NCBI GenBank assembly: GCA_030390025.1
Contig: CM059425.1
Coordinates: 168,580,001 to 168,644,000, forward strand
Reading direction: 5' to 3'
DNA: 64,000 nucleotides
From: Squalus acanthias
Lineage: Eukaryota
The number at the start of each line of letters is the position of its first letter. The stretch's first letter is position 1. A model generated the notes under the pieces. That model searched no databases. It was given only the letters and a program-made list of their open reading frames with translations, and was not told where the DNA came from. Shown piece by piece: positions 49,543 through 62,849 of this stretch. The position numbers and the translations under genes are program-made.

Positions 49543-51442
49543 CACTGTTCCCCCAGCGCAGCCGCGCAGTTCCCTCGATGCTGCCGCGCACCAGGCGTTG
49601 CAGGCCGCGCAGTCCCACTGGAGTGGGCTCCAGTGCGCAGGCGCTCTTTTTAATCGCGTCCCACAGGCTTGTTCTTTAGGCCCACAGGAGCGGGCTTCGG
49701 CACCTGCACGCTGGAACCGATTTCGGCGTCTGAGCGCTGGAACCCGCTCCAGGCCTGACCCTGAGGTACTGAATGTAAACACTGTGATTATCCATATGAC
49801 CATATTTGTGGCCTTCTGCGCATGCGCGCGGTATCCCAGAGCCGTATATACGCATTACCCAACAATTGCGGTCTTGCAGTGTGGCCACATTTTCTTCAGC
49901 TCCGTGGGAGAACTCAATCTGTTGGTGACTATGGGGAGGGGGAGAGAGAGACTGGGGGGAGGGGGAGAGAGAGACTGGGGGGAGGGGGAGAGAGAGACTG
50001 GGGGGAGGGGGAGAGAGAGACTGGGGGGGAGGGGGAGAGAGAGACATGAGGAGGGTCCAGGCGGGCGCGCGTCGTCTGTTCCCGGAGACTGAGCAGCGGC
50101 CGCACTTTGGAACAACACAGATGGAGGCGCAGCACATATACAATGGCCGCTGGAAGGAGGCTAAAGCCAACAATTTTTAGGCCCACGGTGACTTTTTTAA
50201 ACTCGGAAAATTGTTTAAAACTGGAAAAAAATACGGGAAATTGATGTTGAATGTCCTGTGGTAAGTTCCAGTTAAATTTTGTCAGGTGTTGTCCCCTTTT
50301 TGAAAAAGTTTATCAGGGTTATTTAAATCATGTTGTGAGAGAGGGGAAAAAGCTTGTGCCCCTGTTTGTACCTCAGAGTCTGTGAGAGATGGAGGGAACG
50401 GCACCAGAAATAGAGGAAACAACTTCTCCAAAACTGATCCCAACTCATCGGCAAGGCTGGGGATAGATAACCTCACCACCGCCTTAGGATGTTTAACCAC
50501 TTTATTCACTTTTTTTTATTTGAGCTCCGTTTGGAATTAGAGTTTATTATAAATTTTTGTTGTATGTTTAACGACAGCATTGAAGAGGGAAAGAAAAACT
50601 TGGAGCAACTTCTTCTGTCAAAGCTGCAATGAGACTTGAAAGAATTTAAAGATTTTTAATGAACTTTTCACAAAAAATGAGTGAAACACTGCCCCCCCCC
50701 ACCAACTTTCGATTTTGGAAGAAACAAGCAAAAATTAATTTTCCCCTCATCTAAACAAGTTTCAACCAGGTCTTGAAGTCCAAACGCTTTAAGAGGCTCT
50801 GAATTGCTTAAAACGTTTTAAAATTGAAATTTCTCAATATTTGATTTTGAACGATTGATGGAAGTGAGTAGCTTTACACAAATAGGCAACCATGCTGTTG
50901 AGGAGGGGGAGGGCAGGGGAGGATTTGTAGGAATTACATATTACTTTTTATTGACTTTAAAAAAATATATCATTGAGACGTTTAGGAAGAGAACCAAAAA
51001 AGGGGAAAAACACAAACCGTTTTATTGTCTGTCATTCTATAGTCCGAACAAGTCCCAGGACTAATGTAAATATAGATTTCCTCTTAAACATTTAGTGGAC
51101 TGTTAATAGAAACAAGAGTTATGTAATGATGTATAAAAATTGCAGGAAGCTACTTTAGAAGAAACCACTATTTGTTTATTGAGAAAGACACAGAAAATGC
51201 TTCGATTGAACTGATAATGTACAATTTCGATTTGGTACAAATGTTTGAAATAGGAGATTAAAAATTGAGAGTACAATGAAGTTTGTTTCCTGCTATTTAA
51301 TTGGGAAGAACCTAAAATAATTCAACACTTTTCGTGATAAGAGTAGGGATTAATATTGTGGAGAATGTTTGCGAGGAAAAACATTAGAAGCGAAATTCGT
51401 AAAAGGCCAGCTCAGTACAAAAAAAAATTAGAGGGAACATTG
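49543..51442. mobile_element. Non-autonomous hAT (Charlie-like target site) DNA transposon, 1900 bp
   Basis: Perfect 8-bp TSD GTCTAGAG (49535-49542, 51443-51450); TIRs CACTGTTCCC / GGGAACATTG; L2 is collinear on both sides. Confidence 0.92.
49932..50045 (+). repeat. 23-bp purine-rich tandem repeat (GGGGGGAGGGGGAGAGAGAGACT) x ~5
   Basis: Direct reading of the sequence. Confidence 0.95.
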
Positions 51443-52656
51443 GTCTAGAGGTCGCAATGGTATGAATGACAGTTTCAGCAGCAGATGAGCTGAGGTGGGG
51501 CGGAGTCGGGCGATGTTACGGAGGTGGAAATAGGTGGTCTTAGTGATGGCGTGGATATGTGGTCGGAAGCTCATCTCGGGGTCAAATATGACACCAAGGT
51601 CGCAAACAGTCTGGTTCGGCCTCAGACAGTTTCCAGGGAGAGAGATGGATTCAGTGGCTAGGGAATGGAGTTTGTGGCAGGGACCGAAGACAATGGCTTC
51701 CCAATATTTATTTGGACGAAATTTCTGCTCATCTAGTACTAGATTTCGGACAGGCAGTTGGGCAATTTAGAGACAATGGAGGGGTCGAGAGAGGTGGTGG
51801 TGAGGTAGAGCTGGATGTTGTCAGCGTACATGTGGAAACTGATGCTTTGCTTTTGGATGATGTTGCCGAGGGGCAGCATGTAGATGAGAAATAGGAGGGG
51901 GCCAAGGATAGATCCTTGGGAGACACCAGATGTAACAGTGCAGGAGTGGGAACAGAAGCCATTGCAGGTGATTTTCTGGCTACGACTGGATAGATGAGAA
52001 TGGAACCAGGCGAGTGCAGTCCCACCTAGCTGGACGATGGTGGAGAGGCATTGGAGGAGGATGGTATGGTCAACCATGTCAAAAGCTGCAGACAGGTCAA
52101 GAAGGATGAGGTGGGATAGTTTACCTTTGTCACCGTCACATAGGATGCCATTTGTGACTTTGATGAGAGCCATTTCGGTACTGTGGCAGGGGCGGAATCC
52201 TGATTAGAGGGATTCAAACATGGAGTTCTGGGAAAGATGGGCACGGAATTGGGAGGCGACAGCACGTTCAGAGAAAAGGGAGATTGGTGATTGAGCGGTA
52301 GTTTGCTAGGTCGGAGGGTTCAAGGGTTTTTCTGAGGAGAGGGGCGATGATGGCAGATTTGAAGGAGAGTGTGACAGTACCAGAGGAGAGTCCTTCTACA
52401 CTTATACCAATAGCACTTTTGAAGTGGCTTTTGAGAAGTGTGTTCGAGCAGACACTCCAGATTTCCTCTTGCCTATGGCTGCTGTCGTGAACTCTTTTTT
52501 TAACGTCAATCGGTATCCTACCGCCTTGATACTACTTGTTGGAGCACCAGTTTGTTGTGCCACCATGTTGCCAACAAAACTTATAATTTTGTATTTTCCA
52601 CTTTGATGTTGAACTCTTGTTTAGTGTTCAGCTGAAAATACTGCACAATTTTCTTT

Positions 52657-52772
52657 TAAGAACATAAGAAATAGGAGCAAGAGTATGCCAGACGGCCCCT
52701 TGAGCCTGCTCCACCATTCAAAAAGATTGTGTCTAATCTTCTACCTCAACTCCACTTTCCTGCCCTATCCCC
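52657..52772 (-). mobile_element. CR1 3' tail fragment
   Basis: taagaacataagaaataggagca...gagcctgctccaccattcaa matches other CR1 tails in the window. Confidence 0.8.
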
Positions 52773-53767
52773 AGTTATATAATTTTTGTAACAAATTGAT
52801 TAAACTTCACTTTATAATTCATGTGTACCTAAAAGCATTTTGTGAAGATGCAAGATTCTCAAGTAGTAATAATCAGACAATTCTATAAAAATTAGAGTTC
52901 AAAAATTACCCTGAATATCTAAACCATTCAGTAGTAAACTTGTACCAATATGTACATTAAGACTACAATCTCTTTTCTTTCAACTGATAACAGAGCAATA
53001 ATCTAAAGGTATATATGTGAGTCCAATTTTTGAACATTACAAATAACCTATGGAATACAGAATTGTGCTTTATAAATTAAATGCATGTTTGATTGTATTT
53101 ATTATAACCGTGTGAATTAGATGTGAAACAGTTGCTCCTTTGGATTATGAGTTACTACTTAATCTGATAAAGGTTGACCAAACTTTAATGCTTTTGGGTT
53201 TACTCTCAATTTTTCAGCACTTGTAGTTCAGATCATCATTAAGTGAGTCTCATACACATGTCTTTGCTAACCTTAGTTTCTTCGTAAAACATTCGGTAAT
53301 TTGCTCAGGACAATGGATAGAGAATTCTTGACTGTTCATTATTGTTAAGCTTTTGAAATTATCCTCATACCACTGCACAATCTATCTTCAGTTCTGAACA
53401 AGTGATGGTACATCACATCAGCCCTCATTCTAGTTTTAAAATACTAAGATTTATCAAATAAACAATGAAACAAAGGGTTGTGAATGTAAATTAATCTACA
53501 GCTCGACAACTGTTGCGTGCACAACTTTCCTCGTAATCGTCTTATTAGCAGTGGAAGCTCGATAAAATCTACCTGCCTCTCAATGAAGATCACAGTTTGT
53601 TGAACTCAGCTGTACTCCGAGGGCTTTTGTGCTTTTTATAGCTCTCAACTTGTGTCCAAGACTCATTAGAAATTCATAACTGCCGGCCTCATTCAAAATA
53701 TAATAGACTGTCATACTTACCACCAAATCATACATGAAGTTTGTATATATTTGAAAATCAGGTGTTA

Positions 53768-53875
53768 AAAAAAGAAAGACTTGCATTTATATAGCCCCTT
53801 TCACGACCTCCGGACATTTCAAAGCATTTTATAGCCGATAAAGTACTTTTTACGTGTAGTCACTGTTGTGTAGGT
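53768..53875 (-). mobile_element. SINE 3' tail fragment
   Basis: Reverse complement of the 48890-48986 SINE tail. Confidence 0.8.
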
Positions 53876-53899
53876 GTTAGGTCCTATAATAGCAAGCTT

Positions 53900-54912
53900 C
53901 ACAACGTAGGTAACAAAATAGGTAGAGACTGCAGGTGGGATTTTAAAATCTCATGCATTGTGCCTGATACAAAAGGACAGCTAAAAGACCAAAACAAGAT
54001 TGAACTGCTTCAAAGTGTAGACAACTATAGACTGAAATAAGGAAAATATTGGTGGTGAAAAGGAGGACTTTTTTTCGCAGTATGTTCAGGACTGATTTCT
54101 CAATCAATATATTGCTGCTCTGACAAGTAAGAAAGCACTAACTGACCTGCTTCTAGATAATGAAACAGGACAAGTAGGCAACTTAAAGGGAGGGAATATT
54201 TGGATAACAATGACCACAATACAATTAAGTTCAGTGCAAGAATAGAAAAGGAAGAAGACCGGGTTCTTAACTGGAAAAGAGTAAATTATTGTGACACAAA
54301 GATGAGGTTAATTAAAATTGAGATGTGCTGCTGACATATGGAGATGAAAGAGCCAGGCTAGAAGTGAAGTGAGGGAATGGCAGAGCTCCTAACTGGAGCT
54401 GAGTGTCGAACATTTTTGTAATATTTATTCCTCTGATTGCCCATTCTGAGTTGCCCTTTGGGTATTGAGTCAACCATGTAGTGTGGGACTGGAGTTATAA
54501 ATAAATCTGACTGGGTATTAGTGACCCAGTTGGGTTTTTAAGAACAATCTGACAGATTTCATGGCCATTATTCTCATGCCAACCCACAAATCACTAGATT
54601 TTTAAATTCAATTTCAGAACTTACCAAGGTGGAATTTGAACTGGGTAGCTTTTCGAGCACCATAAGTACTTGGATGCCATACATAGAGGCTATAATTCAA
54701 AGAGAAAGTACTAAAGAAGATCCTCAAACTTAAATCACAGGGACCTGTTGCTTTATATTGTAGGATCCTGAGGCAAGATTGGGAAAAAATAGCTCTGACT
54801 ATAATTTTCCAAACATTTTTGGAGAAAAAAATAATGTGCCAGAGGGTGACAGAAATGTCCTCTTCAAAAAAGGAGACAGATTAGACAAAGTATAGGCTAG
54901 TTAGGCTTAACT
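53900..54912 (+). mobile_element. Ancient CR1 EN/linker remnant with other decayed repeats
   Basis: Decayed CVQD.FLNQY, DNNDHNTIKF and LFKKGDR..KYRLVRL motifs. Confidence 0.5.
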
Positions 54913-54914
54913 TT

Positions 54915-57440
54915 AAATTACATAGGATTACATAGGATATACGGCACAGAAACAGGCCGTTCGTGCCGGCGTTTATGCTCCATTTGAGCCTCTCGTCTTT
55001 CCTCATCTAACTCTGATCAGCATAACCCTCTATTCCTTTCTCCCTCATATGCTTATCTAGCCTCTGCTTAAATGCATCTATACTATTCGCTTCAACCACT
55101 CCCTGTGGTAGTGAATTCCACATTCTCACCACTCTCTGGGTAAAGAAGTTTCTTCTGAATTCCCCATTTGATTTCTTGGTGATTATCTTATATTGATGGT
55201 CTCTAGTTTTATTCTTCCCCAGAAGTGGAAACACTCTCTCTGTGTCTACTCTATCAAAACCTTTCATAATTTTAAAGACCTCTATTAGGTCACCCCTCAG
55301 CCTTCTCTTTTCAAGAGAAAAGAGACCCAGCCTGTTCATCCTTTCCTGATGGGTATAACCTTGGTATCATCCTTGTAAATCTTTTTTGCACCCTCTCTAG
55401 TGCCTCTATATCCTTTATATAATATGGCGACCAGAATTGTACGCAGTACTCTTAATGTGGTCTAACCAAGGTTCAATACAGGTTTAGCATAACTTCACTA
55501 CTTTTCAATTCTATCCCTCTAGAAATAAACCCTAGTGCTTGATTTGCTTTTTTTTTGGCCTTTTTAATCTGCGTCGCTACTTTTAGTGATTTGTGTATTT
55601 GTACTCCGACATCCCTTTGTTCTTCTACCCCATTTAGTAATATGTGAGCTCCTTATTTTTCTTACCGAAATGTAGTACCTCACATTTATCTGTGTTGAAA
55701 ATCATTTGCCAATTATATGCCCATTCTGCAAATTTATTATTGTCGTCTTGTAATTTGTTGCAGTCCTCCTCAGTATTGACTACACCCCACCCCCCCCCCC
55801 CCCAAAAAAAAAAAAAATTGGTGTCATCTGCAAATTTAGAAATTGTGTTTTTTATTCCAAAGTCTAAATCGTTAATCTAAATTGTGAACAGCATTGGTCC
55901 CGGCACTAATCCTTGTGGACGGCACTTTCCACCTTCTGCCACTCTGAATAGCTACCCTTTACCCCTACTCTCTGCTTTCTGTCTTGAAGCCAGCTAGCTA
56001 TCCATTCTGCTACTTGTCCCCTGGCTCTGCATTCTCTGACCTTATTCATTAGTTTATTATGTGGTACATTATTGAAGACCTTTTGGAAATCTAGATAAAT
56101 TACATCCACTGCATTACCCGAGGGCCACTAAGAGACGGTCAGGATAAAATCACAGGCTGAGACTGAGCTGAGGAGTAATTTCTTCACTCCGAGGGTTGTG
56201 AATCTTTGGAATTCTCTACCCCAAAGGGCTGTGGATGCTGAGTTGTTGAGTATATGCAAGGCTGAGATAGATATAGATTTTTGGACGCTAGGGGGAATCA
56301 AGGGATATGGGGATCAGGCGGGAAAGTGAAGTTGAGGTCGAAGATCAGCCATGATCTTATTGAATGGCGGAGCAGGATCGAAGGGCCGTATGGCCTGCTC
56401 CTGCTCCTAATTCTTGTGTTCTTATGTACCCTTGTTTACTCTCTCTGTTACCTCTTCAAAGAATTCAATGAGGTTGGTCAAGCAAGAATTTCCCTTTTGA
56501 AATCCATGCTGACTATTCATTATTATATTTTTGGTTTCTAGATGTTCTATTTTTTATTTTAGTAGGGATTCTATTATTTTTCCTACCACCGATGTTAAGC
56601 TGGCTAGTCTATAGTTCCCTGGGCATGTTCTATCTCCCTTCTTAAATAGAGGTATTACGTTAGCTATCTGCCAGACCTCTGGCACTACACCTTTTTCTAA
56701 CGAATTACTAAATATATAAATAGTGCCGCTGCTATCTCTTCCCTAGATTCTTTTAAAATGCGCGGATGTAATCCGTCCAGACCAGGGGTTTTATCCTCTT
56801 TGAGTTGCATTAGTTTATTTAATATTTCTCCTCTTTCTATTTTAAATGCGGTTATATCATTTCTAATCTTATCTTCCGATGTCATGTCCACCTGATCTGT
56901 CTCCCTGGTAAATACTGAGCAATTTAATTATTTAATATTTCTGCCATTTTGCTATCGCTGCCAGTGATTTTATCTTGACTGTCCCAGAGTGGCTCGACTC
57001 CCATCCCGACTTGCCTTTTTTTATTTATGTGCCTGTAGAATATTTTACTATTTTGTTTTATGTTCCTTGATAATTTAATTTCATAGTTCCTCTTTGCCTT
57101 CCTAATTGTTTTTTGACTTCTCTCTTAATCTTTGTATTCTCCCCTGTTGCCCATGTACTTAGTGTATGCCTTTTTCCTTACCCTCAATTTTTATGTCTTT
57201 CTTCATCCATGGTGTCTCATTAGTGTTTAGCTTGTTCTTGTTTTTTAGTGGAATATTTTTTTCCTGGACTCTGTTGAACACTGCTTTAAATGTTTCCCAT
57301 TGCTGTTCTACATCATTGTTTGCCAATATTGTTGTCCATTTTATTTTCCCAAGTTCTCTTCTCAGCCCCTCAAAATCGGCTTTTCTCCAATCTATTACCC
57401 TGGTCTTCGTCAAACTTATGTCCTTCTCAATTATTATCTT
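54915..57440 (-). mobile_element. CR1 LINE ORF2 remnant, same subfamily as 1695-4290
   Basis: ORFs 55007-55339, 55906-56109, 56697-56891 and 57159-57413. Confidence 0.93.
56120..56426 (+). mobile_element. Short CR1 3' end nested antisense in a CR1
   Basis: RVVNLWNSLP segment plus tail ttcttgtgttcttatg; 5-bp TSD TACCC (56115-56119, 56427-56431). Confidence 0.88.
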
Positions 57441-57444
57441 AAAT

Positions 57445-58165
57445 TACTAGAGTGTATAATACAGGAAGAAATTATTAAGCATTCGAAAAACATCAGGGCC
57501 AGACAGCACAGATTTCTAAAAGGGAGATCACACTTGGCCAACCTTACAGGAGTTTTTGAATAAATCAGAGAGGATAGATAAAAGAAATACAGTGGGTGAC
57601 GCATGTAATTCAGCAAAATGTGGCCACATGGGTAGAGAGATGGTTGGAGAGCAGAAAGCAAAAGTTAGGGGACAAAGGAAGTTTCTTGGACTGAAAAAGT
57701 TTGATAATAGTGTTCCATTTGGGTCTGCTCTTATTTGTTATATACATCAATGAACTGGACTTAAGAATTGAAAACACAATATCAACATTTGCTGATGACA
57801 CCAGATTTGCCAAGGGAGGGTATAGCAAATTGTGATGAGTGTGAAAGACTGCCAGAGGACTTGGGTTACCAAGATGGACAGAAGATGGTAGATGCAGTTC
57901 AGTGTAGAAAAATATGAAGTAACACATCTTAAAAGAAGGAATAGGGAAACAAAATATACCTTGAATTGAGATTTTAAATGGAGTAGAGGAGCAAAGGAAC
58001 CTGGGCGTGCAGATACACAGGCCATTAAAGGTGCTAGCACAAGTAGATAATGCCATAAAAAGGCAAACAGAATCCTTGATTTTGCATCTAGAGGAATAGA
58101 ACAAAGAACAAGGAGGTAATGTTGAATTTGTGCAAGATTTTGGTTAGGCTGTATTTGGGAGTGCT
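57445..58165 (+). mobile_element. Old CR1 RT remnant
   Basis: QHRFLKGRSHLANL, ISTFADDT and AQVDNAIKKANRIL motifs. Confidence 0.8.
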
Positions 58166-59495
58166 GACGGATTTTAGGTTGGGCAGTGGTGACTTCAGTG
58201 ATGGGAGGTGCCAGAGAGGAGTGGGGCTTGTTCCAGGGTTGAAATGGAGGTCGAAGTTGAAGGCAAGGCTGAGCAAGAAAGCTAGTTAAAGAAAGTGTGG
58301 GATGGGATCTGGGCAGAAGCTGAGGCACATAACCCCCATTTCACCTGTCACACATTTTTAAAGCTGGTTCCTTGAATGAAGCTCGGAAGCAACAGTCCAT
58401 TTTTTAAGTAGTTATAACACTAGCAACAAACAATAATGCTATAAGTTTTGTAAAAACAAATTGCTGCTTGCCAGTTTAGGAAACGGAAGCACAGGAGAAT
58501 TAGATCTAAGGCAGAACACGATGCGGAGTACTGAGCTAGAAGGAGTTTGGTGGCAAAGAGAGTGGGGCAGGTAGCTAATGGGCAAGACTGCAAAGAAGAG
58601 GGAGCCAGAGAGAAGTCAGGTACTGGGAACGGAGAGAAGGAGTGGGCAAGAGGAGGGTGGAGGTGTGCTTTGAGCGGCAAAGCCTCTAAGAAATGAGGAG
58701 GCCAAAAGTCAGTCAAGCCCCAGGAGCAGTAGTAGTTGAGGACAGTAAAAGCGATAGCTATTTGAATAATGAGATAACTATTTCAATAATTAGACATTTA
58801 ATTACTGAAATAATTGTTTGACACAGCCATAATGTACACTTTGCCACTTTGTAATTGGTTCCCTTTGAAAATATTGCGATCAGATACATTGGCATGTGTA
58901 TGCTTTCAAAATTATTTGCTTTCTTCAAACAAAGTGGAATATTATAACATCAAATGAAGTACTATAAAATTTTAAGCATAAATATTGAGTGGAAGAAGTG
59001 CAGATCTTTATAAATCTCATTGTGTGCCAAGGAAATCAGAAGCTGCCTTGTATATGGTTTGAGAGCACAGTGCTGGATGGCAGCAGTTGTTGGAAGGAGA
59101 GCCTCCCTTGTAAACTTTGTTTTGATTAACACATAAAACAAGATCAAACTGAAAAAGCTTCATGAATTTTAAGATGTCCTGTCAACGTTCTTTTTTTAGT
59201 CCATCTTTTTCAAATTGCTGCTACTTTGTTTTTAACAAGAATCACTGCACTTCAGATTGATTAATTATGTAAAGTGCTTCGAGATGTTTGACTTGATCAG
59301 GTACTATTAAATTAAAATATTATTATTAAGCCTCCACCCCATTCTCACCCTTTGAGTTCTATAGTCAAAAGGGTCAAATTCTGTGACAAAAATTGCTACT
59401 TTGTGCAAAAAGCCCAAATTAGTTTCTAAGGCACATTTATTGAAAAATCTCTTTCACTTAGTTAAAAGTGACCATTTAATATAAACTATCTGCTT

Positions 59496-62125
59496 CAGCT
59501 TGGTTCAGTAGTAGCACTTTTGCCTCTGAGCCAGAAGGTTGTGGTTTTAGCCCTTCTAGATTCAAGCGCGTAATCTTGGCTGATATTTCAATGCAGTCCT
59601 GAGGAAATGCTACATTCTCAGTGGTGCCATCTTTCAGGTGAGATATTAAATCAAGGCCCTAGCTGCCTGTACAAGTGAAAGCAATAGATCCCGTGGAACT
59701 GTTTAAAGAGTACGGAGTTCTCCTGGCGTTCTGGACAATATTCATCCCTCAACCAATACCATCAAAAACACATGAATTAACTGGTCATTTATCTAATTTG
59801 CTGTTTCTTCTTACTCTTCTTAGGCAGTCCCTCGGAACCGAGGATGACTTGCTTCCACACTAAAAATGAGTTCTCAGGTGACTGATGAGTCCAATGCGGG
59901 ACCTACAGTCTCTGTCACAAGTGGGGCAGCCGGTGGTTGAAGGGGCAGGTGGGTGGGGTGCTTGGGTTGACGTGCGCTCCTTCCGATGTTTGCGCTTGGC
60001 TTCCGCTTGCTCCCGGCGAAGAGACTCGAGGTGTTCGGCGCCTTCCCGAATGCTTGTCCTCCACTTTGTGCAGTCTTGGGCCAGGGATTCCCAGGTGTTG
60101 GTGGGATTGTTGCACTTTTTCAAGGAGGCTTTGAGGGTGTCCTTGAAGCGTTTCCTCTGTCCGAGTAGAGCGCTTGTTTTGGGAGTCTCGTATCGGGCAT
60201 GCGGACGATGTGGCCCGTCATCGGAACTGATTGAGCGTGGTCAAAGCTTCGATGCTGTGGATGTTGACCTGAGCGAGAACACTGACGTTGGTGTGCCTAT
60301 CCTGCCAATGGATTTGCAGGATCTTGCGGAGGCAGCATTGGTGGTACCTCTCCAGTGCTTTGAGATGCCTGCTGTACATGGTCCATGTCTCTGAAGCATA
60401 CAGGAGGGCGGGTATCACTACTGCCCTGTAGACCATGAGCTTGGTGCTGAGTTTGAGGTCCTGGTCTTCAAACACTCTCTTCGTCAGGCGACCGAAGGCT
60501 GCACTGGCACACTGAAGGCGGTGTTGGACTTAGTTATCGACGTCTGCCCTTGTTGACAGTAGGCTCCCGAGGTATGGAAAGTGGTCCACGTTGTCCAAGG
60601 TCTCATCATGGATTTTGATAATCGGGGAGCAGTACTGTGTGGCGGGGGCAGGTTGGTAGAGGACTTCTGTCTTACAGATGTTTAGTGTAAGGCCCATGCT
60701 CTCGTACGCTTCGGTGAAGGTGTTGACGATGGTTTGGAGTTCGACCTCAGAGTGTGCGCAGACGCAAGCGTCATCTGCATACTGTAATTCGATGACAGAG
60801 GATGGGACGACCTTGGATCTGGACTGGAGGTGACGGAGGTTGAACAGTTTCCCGTTTGTTCTGTAGATTAGCTCCACTCCAGCGGGGAGCTTACTGAGGG
60901 TGAGATGGAGCATTGCAGCAAGGAACATCGAGAAGAGCGTTGGTGCGATGACACAGCCTTGCTTGACCCTGGTCCGTACATGAATTGGGTCTGTGTTGGA
61001 TCCGTTGGTCAGGATCACGGCTTGCATGTCGTCGTGAAACAGGCGGAGGATGGTGACAAACTTTTGAGGGCAGCCGAATTTGAGGAGGGCACTCCATAAT
61101 CCCTCACGCTTGACGGTGTCGAAGGCCTTTGTGAGGTCAAAGAAGGCCATGTACAGCGGTTGGTGCTGTTCCCTGCATTTCTCTTATCGTTGACGCGCGG
61201 TGACGATCATGTCCATTGTGCCCCTTAGTGGGCGGAATCCGCATTGCGATTCTGGGAGGAGCTCTTCAGCCACTGGGAGAAGGCGATTGAGGAGGATTCT
61301 TGCGATGACTTTCCCTGTGGCAGACAGCAGGGAGACTCCCCTGTAATTATCGCAATTGGACTTGTCACCTTTCTTGAAGATGGTCATGATTACAGCGTCT
61401 CTGAGATCCCCTCGCATGCTCTCCTCCTTCCAAATAAGAGAAATTAGTTTATGTATTCGCGCCAATAGTGCTTCTCCGCCATATTTTAGCGCCTCAGCGG
61501 GGATTCCATCTGCTCCTGAGGCCGCCGCCTTCAGTTGTCGGATGGCCTTTTCAATCTCATGCTGGGCTGGGGTTGTGCTGAGATGGTGGCGGGTAGCATG
61601 CTGCGGGATGGAGTTGAGGACACTCGCGTCGAAGACAGAGTCTCGGTTAAGGAGGTCTTCGACTTACTCCTTCCAGCGGACACTGACTGCCTCTCTGTCC
61701 TTGATGAATACCTCTCCGTTCTTGGCCCGCAGTGGGGTAGGACCTTGGGTGGTTGTGCCGTAGGTGGTCTTGACTGCGCTAAAGAATCCACGCACGTCGT
61801 GGTTGTCGGCCAGCTGCTGGATCTCCGCTTTCTCCACCCACCATCTTTAGGTTGTGAGTTTTTTGTTGGACCTCAGCCTTCAGGCGCCTGTATAGCTGCT
61901 TTCTTGCTCTCGAGTTCTGTTGCTGTTTCCAGATCAGGAATGTCTTGCGCTTGTGGCTTATTAGCTCCTGGATCTCCTGGTCATTCTCGTCGAACCAGTC
62001 TTGGAATCTTGTTGTCTACACATTGACTGCCATGTTTGCCAACATAAAAACAGTAATTACAATTCAAAAGTAATTTATTGGTTGTGAAGTGAATTTGGAA
62101 GATGCTATATGCAAATTAATTCTTT
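59496..62125 (+). mobile_element. Diverged Deu-domain SINE split by an RTE LINE (5' part 59496-59806, 3' part ~62003-62125)
   Basis: Head tggttcagtagtagcac; the body stops at ttgctgttt and resumes as ggaatcttgttgt, collinear with the intact SINE at 48838-48870. Confidence 0.75.
59807..62002 (-). mobile_element. RTE-clade LINE, 5'-truncated, with stops and frameshifts
   Basis: CDNYRGVSLLS, PESQCGFRP.RGT.DM, AFFDLTKAFDTV, KQGCVIAPTLF, ELQYADD, C-terminal CPTC..H zinc motif; 3' hairpin cctcggttccgagg and (AAG)-rich tail. Confidence 0.95.
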
Positions 62126-62207
62126 CAAGCTTTTTACTTCTAGTAAGCTGGAGTAAATATAGACCTAATTTATAGTCAAAATCTAATCAAATGTGATTCT
62201 TGACTTC

Positions 62208-62380
62208 ATAGTTACATAGAGTCTACAACATAGAAACAGGCCATTTGGCCCAACTGGTCTGTGCCAGTGTTTATGCTCCACGTAAGCCTCCTCTCAGCCC
62301 TCTTCATCTAACCCTATCAGCATAACCTTCTACTCCTTTCTCCATTATGTGCTTATCTAGCTTCCCCTTAAATGCAACTT
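62208..62380 (-). mobile_element. CR1 3' tail fragment
   Basis: Matches 1705-1870. Confidence 0.8.
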
Positions 62381-62849
62381 CATTGCATTCATGCATTTTA
62401 TTTTAGGACAATTAAATCTTTCTCATCTAAATTGTGCCTACTTTCTGTAATCAATACTGTCTGATCAAGAACAAATAATCCAAAATTTACTTGGAGACAC
62501 AAAGATGTAGGAGATGGAACAAAACACAATGCATTCCTAACCTTATATTTGTAACCGTCAATCCACTGTGTAGGTACAGGTCTGATCGGTATTATTGCTG
62601 TGCCTTCAAAGCAGCTCCAATGACATTGGATGAAGGGAAGCAAAATGCATAATACTTTATTGGAGAAACCTAATAATTGTAATTTGATATTTGAAAGGAT
62701 AGTATTTAACTCTACTTACCATAGAATATATTCACACTTTTACCAAAACCATTTGGCTAGTGATTGTAATGCTTAGTGTTGCTAGTTTTGTCTGAAATAA
62801 ATAAGAGCCAAATTCAGGAATAATTTGGTGCCTTGCCATATAGACTGAA

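Larger units (their letters stand above)
48997..52390 (-). mobile_element. L2 LINE RT plus 3' end, interrupted by a hAT element
   Basis: ALIKVTN..LLDLSAAFDMVDH..GVSQGSILGPLLF..MYADNIQLY (51739-52173); KLEVIQNSAARVL and GGRAFS..PKLWNSLP (49020-49540). Confidence 0.93.

Noticed and set aside
48855..50186. ORFs of 164-274 aa as real genes
   Set aside because: They span SINE, antisense L2, the hAT terminus and a tandem repeat; open by composition only.
50280..51400. hAT transposase coding region
   Set aside because: No long ORF and no recognisable hAT motif in the frames examined.
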